DNA of 64,000 bases, taken from assembly GCA_965178125.1 (NCBI GenBank), contig OZ237755.1:868001-932000 (forward strand), written 5' to 3'. Source of the DNA: Bilabrum cf. latius. Lineage: Eukaryota. Below the pieces are notes generated by a model. That model ran no database searches, had not been told where the DNA came from, and saw only the letters and a list, made by a program, of their open reading frames with translations. Below, piece by piece: positions 61,687-64,000 of the stretch (position 1 is the first letter of the stretch; each line of letters starts with the position of its first letter). Made by a program: the position numbers and the translations under genes.

Positions 61687-63792
61687 ATGCCATTCAAGGT
61701 GTAGCTACCTGATTCAAGCATTAAGGAGAGTGATGCTTACGAAGGGCAATCGATTTCAACTGTTCTATAGAGGCTTCTGGGGGAAAAGTATGAACGTGGA
61801 ATGCAACTCAAAGCCAGCAAAGATGGGGCCCTGATAGACGATATCGATGAAATTGAGGATGGTGAACTTGTTCATCTTGTACTTCCGAGCAAAGCTGCCG
61901 GATTGATTGGTGAAACAAACCCAGCAAAATCTGCCGAGCCCATGTTTCGACAGCTTGTGGATAAGATAAAAAGCATGTGCCGAACCGAAGGCCAGCTCGA
62001 GGGTACGTTTAAGATATTGCAGTAGGCTTGCTAGCTGACACAAGCATCCGACGGCTCAGAAATGCGGGTTGATGCGGAAGGCCTTCGCCTCTTGGCCCGG
62101 AACCCGGCAGCCCTGCACTTCTTGAACACCCTTGGGTACAGCGGCAAAGCCTCCTCCAAATCTACCGGATCGCATTCATTTGTGCACGATTCTGCCGCTG
62201 TCTCACATTAGCACGCTGCCATAGCTGCAGTTGGGGGGCGAGTACTATCGTCTGTGATGAGCAGTATTCCGCGCAAACCTCGGGACCACAGCCACAGCGG
62301 CCCTTCCGGCTCGGGCCTGCCGTTGACTGGTTCGGCTTCAGCAGTACCGCATGGTATATTTTCGCGCGAGGTGCCGCCTGGAGAGCCGGCCGTGCTGGAG
62401 CCCCTACTGAGCGCGCAGCCCAGCCCTGACCCTGCCGCTGCCCCTCGCGGTGCAGGTGCTGCTTCTGGGGCTCGGCAAGGCCCCGGGATAGGTGCGAGCG
62501 GTTTGTCCCTGGCAAGTAGCAGTCGAGGCTCTGAGGCGTCTGCCATCGAGCTGGCGAGTCTCAGCCCGTTGCTGCCTTCGGTGCCGCCAGTCGTGGCCCG
62601 CGCCACCGAACAGCTGCGGGAAGCCCAAAGCGCCCTGGAGATACCATCTGCCCTGCGTTGCCCTATCCTGGCCAGGGATGCGAGTCAGCTCCGAACTCGT
62701 ATGCGATCGGCGCTGGCGGAAGCCGGCGCTGGGGCTAGAGCAGGAGCAAGGGCTAGAGCAGGAGTAGTGGCTGCACGACGCACAGCCCTTGAATATGGCG
62801 CAGCTGGAAGCACAGGGGCAACGGCCGATGCGGGCACAGACTCAGATGACGAGACGCGCGCGGAACCACGGACTGGGGCCGAGCTGCATCGAGTGCTGGC
62901 TCTCAGGGAGGCCAGAGCAGCCAGGCAGCGGATGGGGGAGGCCGAGCGGCGTGCAGCCAGGATGGCCGAGCTGGCTCGGTCTGTGGACGGTGCAGCGCGG
63001 GTGGTGCAGGCGTGGCACCGAGATAGGGAGGATCTAGCCGCTTCAGTTGCTGCTGCAAGAAGAGAGGGCGAGGCAGCAGATGGCTCTGGGCAGATGCAGG
63101 TGACTGAGCGGGTAGCAGTTGATGCTATGGCTGCCGCGAGACAAGCGGGGATGCGGTGGCTGCGCGTGGTGCTTAGTGATGGTTGTGCCCTGGGAGTGAT
63201 GGTCCATCCAGGTGAGAGTCTGCAGTCGCTGCAGCGGTGGGTCGGGTCGGTTGTGTCTGCGGCTGGTGCTGGTGCCCGTGCTGGCGCTGGTGCTGGTGCT
63301 GGTGCTGGTGCTGGTGCTGGTGCTGGTGCTGGTGCTGGTGCTGGTGCTGGTGCTGGTGCTGGCGCTGGTGCTGGCGCTGGTGCTGGTGCTGGTGCTGGTG
63401 CTGGTGCTGGTGCTGGTGCTGGTGCTGGTGCTGGCGCTGGTGCTGGTGCTGGCGCTGGTGCTGGTGCTGGTGCTGGTGCTGGTGCTGGTGCTGGTGCTGG
63501 CGCTGGTGCTGGTGCTGGCGCTGGTGCTGGTGCTGGCGCTGGTGCCAAAGCATCCCATGTAATTCTGGCTCTCAGCAGAGAAATGGGAGCATGCGTGGAG
63601 GACGGTCGCAGGGGCCTTGCAATCGAAGTCCCGGACGCCTGCCTCCGCCGGTGGGTGGATCCGGAGGTCTCGCTGAACGAGGCGGGGATCGGGGCTGGAT
63701 CAACCGTGTGGCTGTTACGAGGCACTGACCGAAGCCAATGGTTTTGGCTGGGTTCCAGCGAATTGCTGCTCCCAATGGCGGCGAGGGACTGA
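61687..63792 (+). CDS. Protein with N-terminal ubiquitin-like region, possible PUB-like region and C-terminal UBX-like domain
   Basis: MPFKV(Q)LPD...IEDGELVHLV; ALHFLNTLGY; LRVVLSDGCALGVMVHPGESLQSLQRWV...SLNEAGIG. Frame is interrupted only by TAG and ends in TGA. Confidence 0.6.
63262..63546 (+). repeat. (GCTGGT)n hexamer microsatellite encoding a ~95-residue Gly-Ala tract
   Basis: Direct tandem hexamer with occasional GGC variants, in frame in the 61687-63792 CDS. Confidence 0.95.
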
Positions 63793-64000
63793 CCACTTGG
63801 CAGACCGGAAGCCCACTGGCAGGACGAGCCAAACGACAGTAATCGCGCCCAAACCTGCGCCACCATTGACTTCGCTCGCATATTGAAGCAGCCATACTAT
63901 GCGGGTGGCTTTATTGCCTGCGGCTGCTGTGGCAGCCTTCCTGCAAGTCAACGCGCTAGCAAAAGATATTAGTGACGGCTTCAATTTCACGCTGGTTAAG

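Overview
GC-rich eukaryotic (protist-like) nuclear DNA that uses a non-standard genetic code. In-frame TAG sits at conserved Gln positions in host and transposon proteins, and every host gene I could trace ends in TGA. Read with TAG=Gln, the fragmented ORF track collapses into intact genes: a GT47 glycosyltransferase, an unknown protein, ASCC3, an RluA-like protein, a bZIP factor, an FKBP, COX16, FOPNL, MRPL11, TFIIE-alpha and a UBL/UBX-like protein. The interval 5-40 kb is a nest of mobile elements. A GT61/EOGT-like gene (ATG at 12720) is split by a tyrosine-recombinase retrotransposon. That retrotransposon carries a 19.8-kb head-to-tail Helitron array made of seven ~1.2-kb non-autonomous units plus a very large 3'-truncated RepHel parent. 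The same gene is split again by a 1655-bp hAT-type element carrying an OTU-protease remnant. A CRE-like RT fragment and a frameshifted unknown ORF lie at 5-12 kb. All calls are from manual translation and motif recognition; no searches were run.
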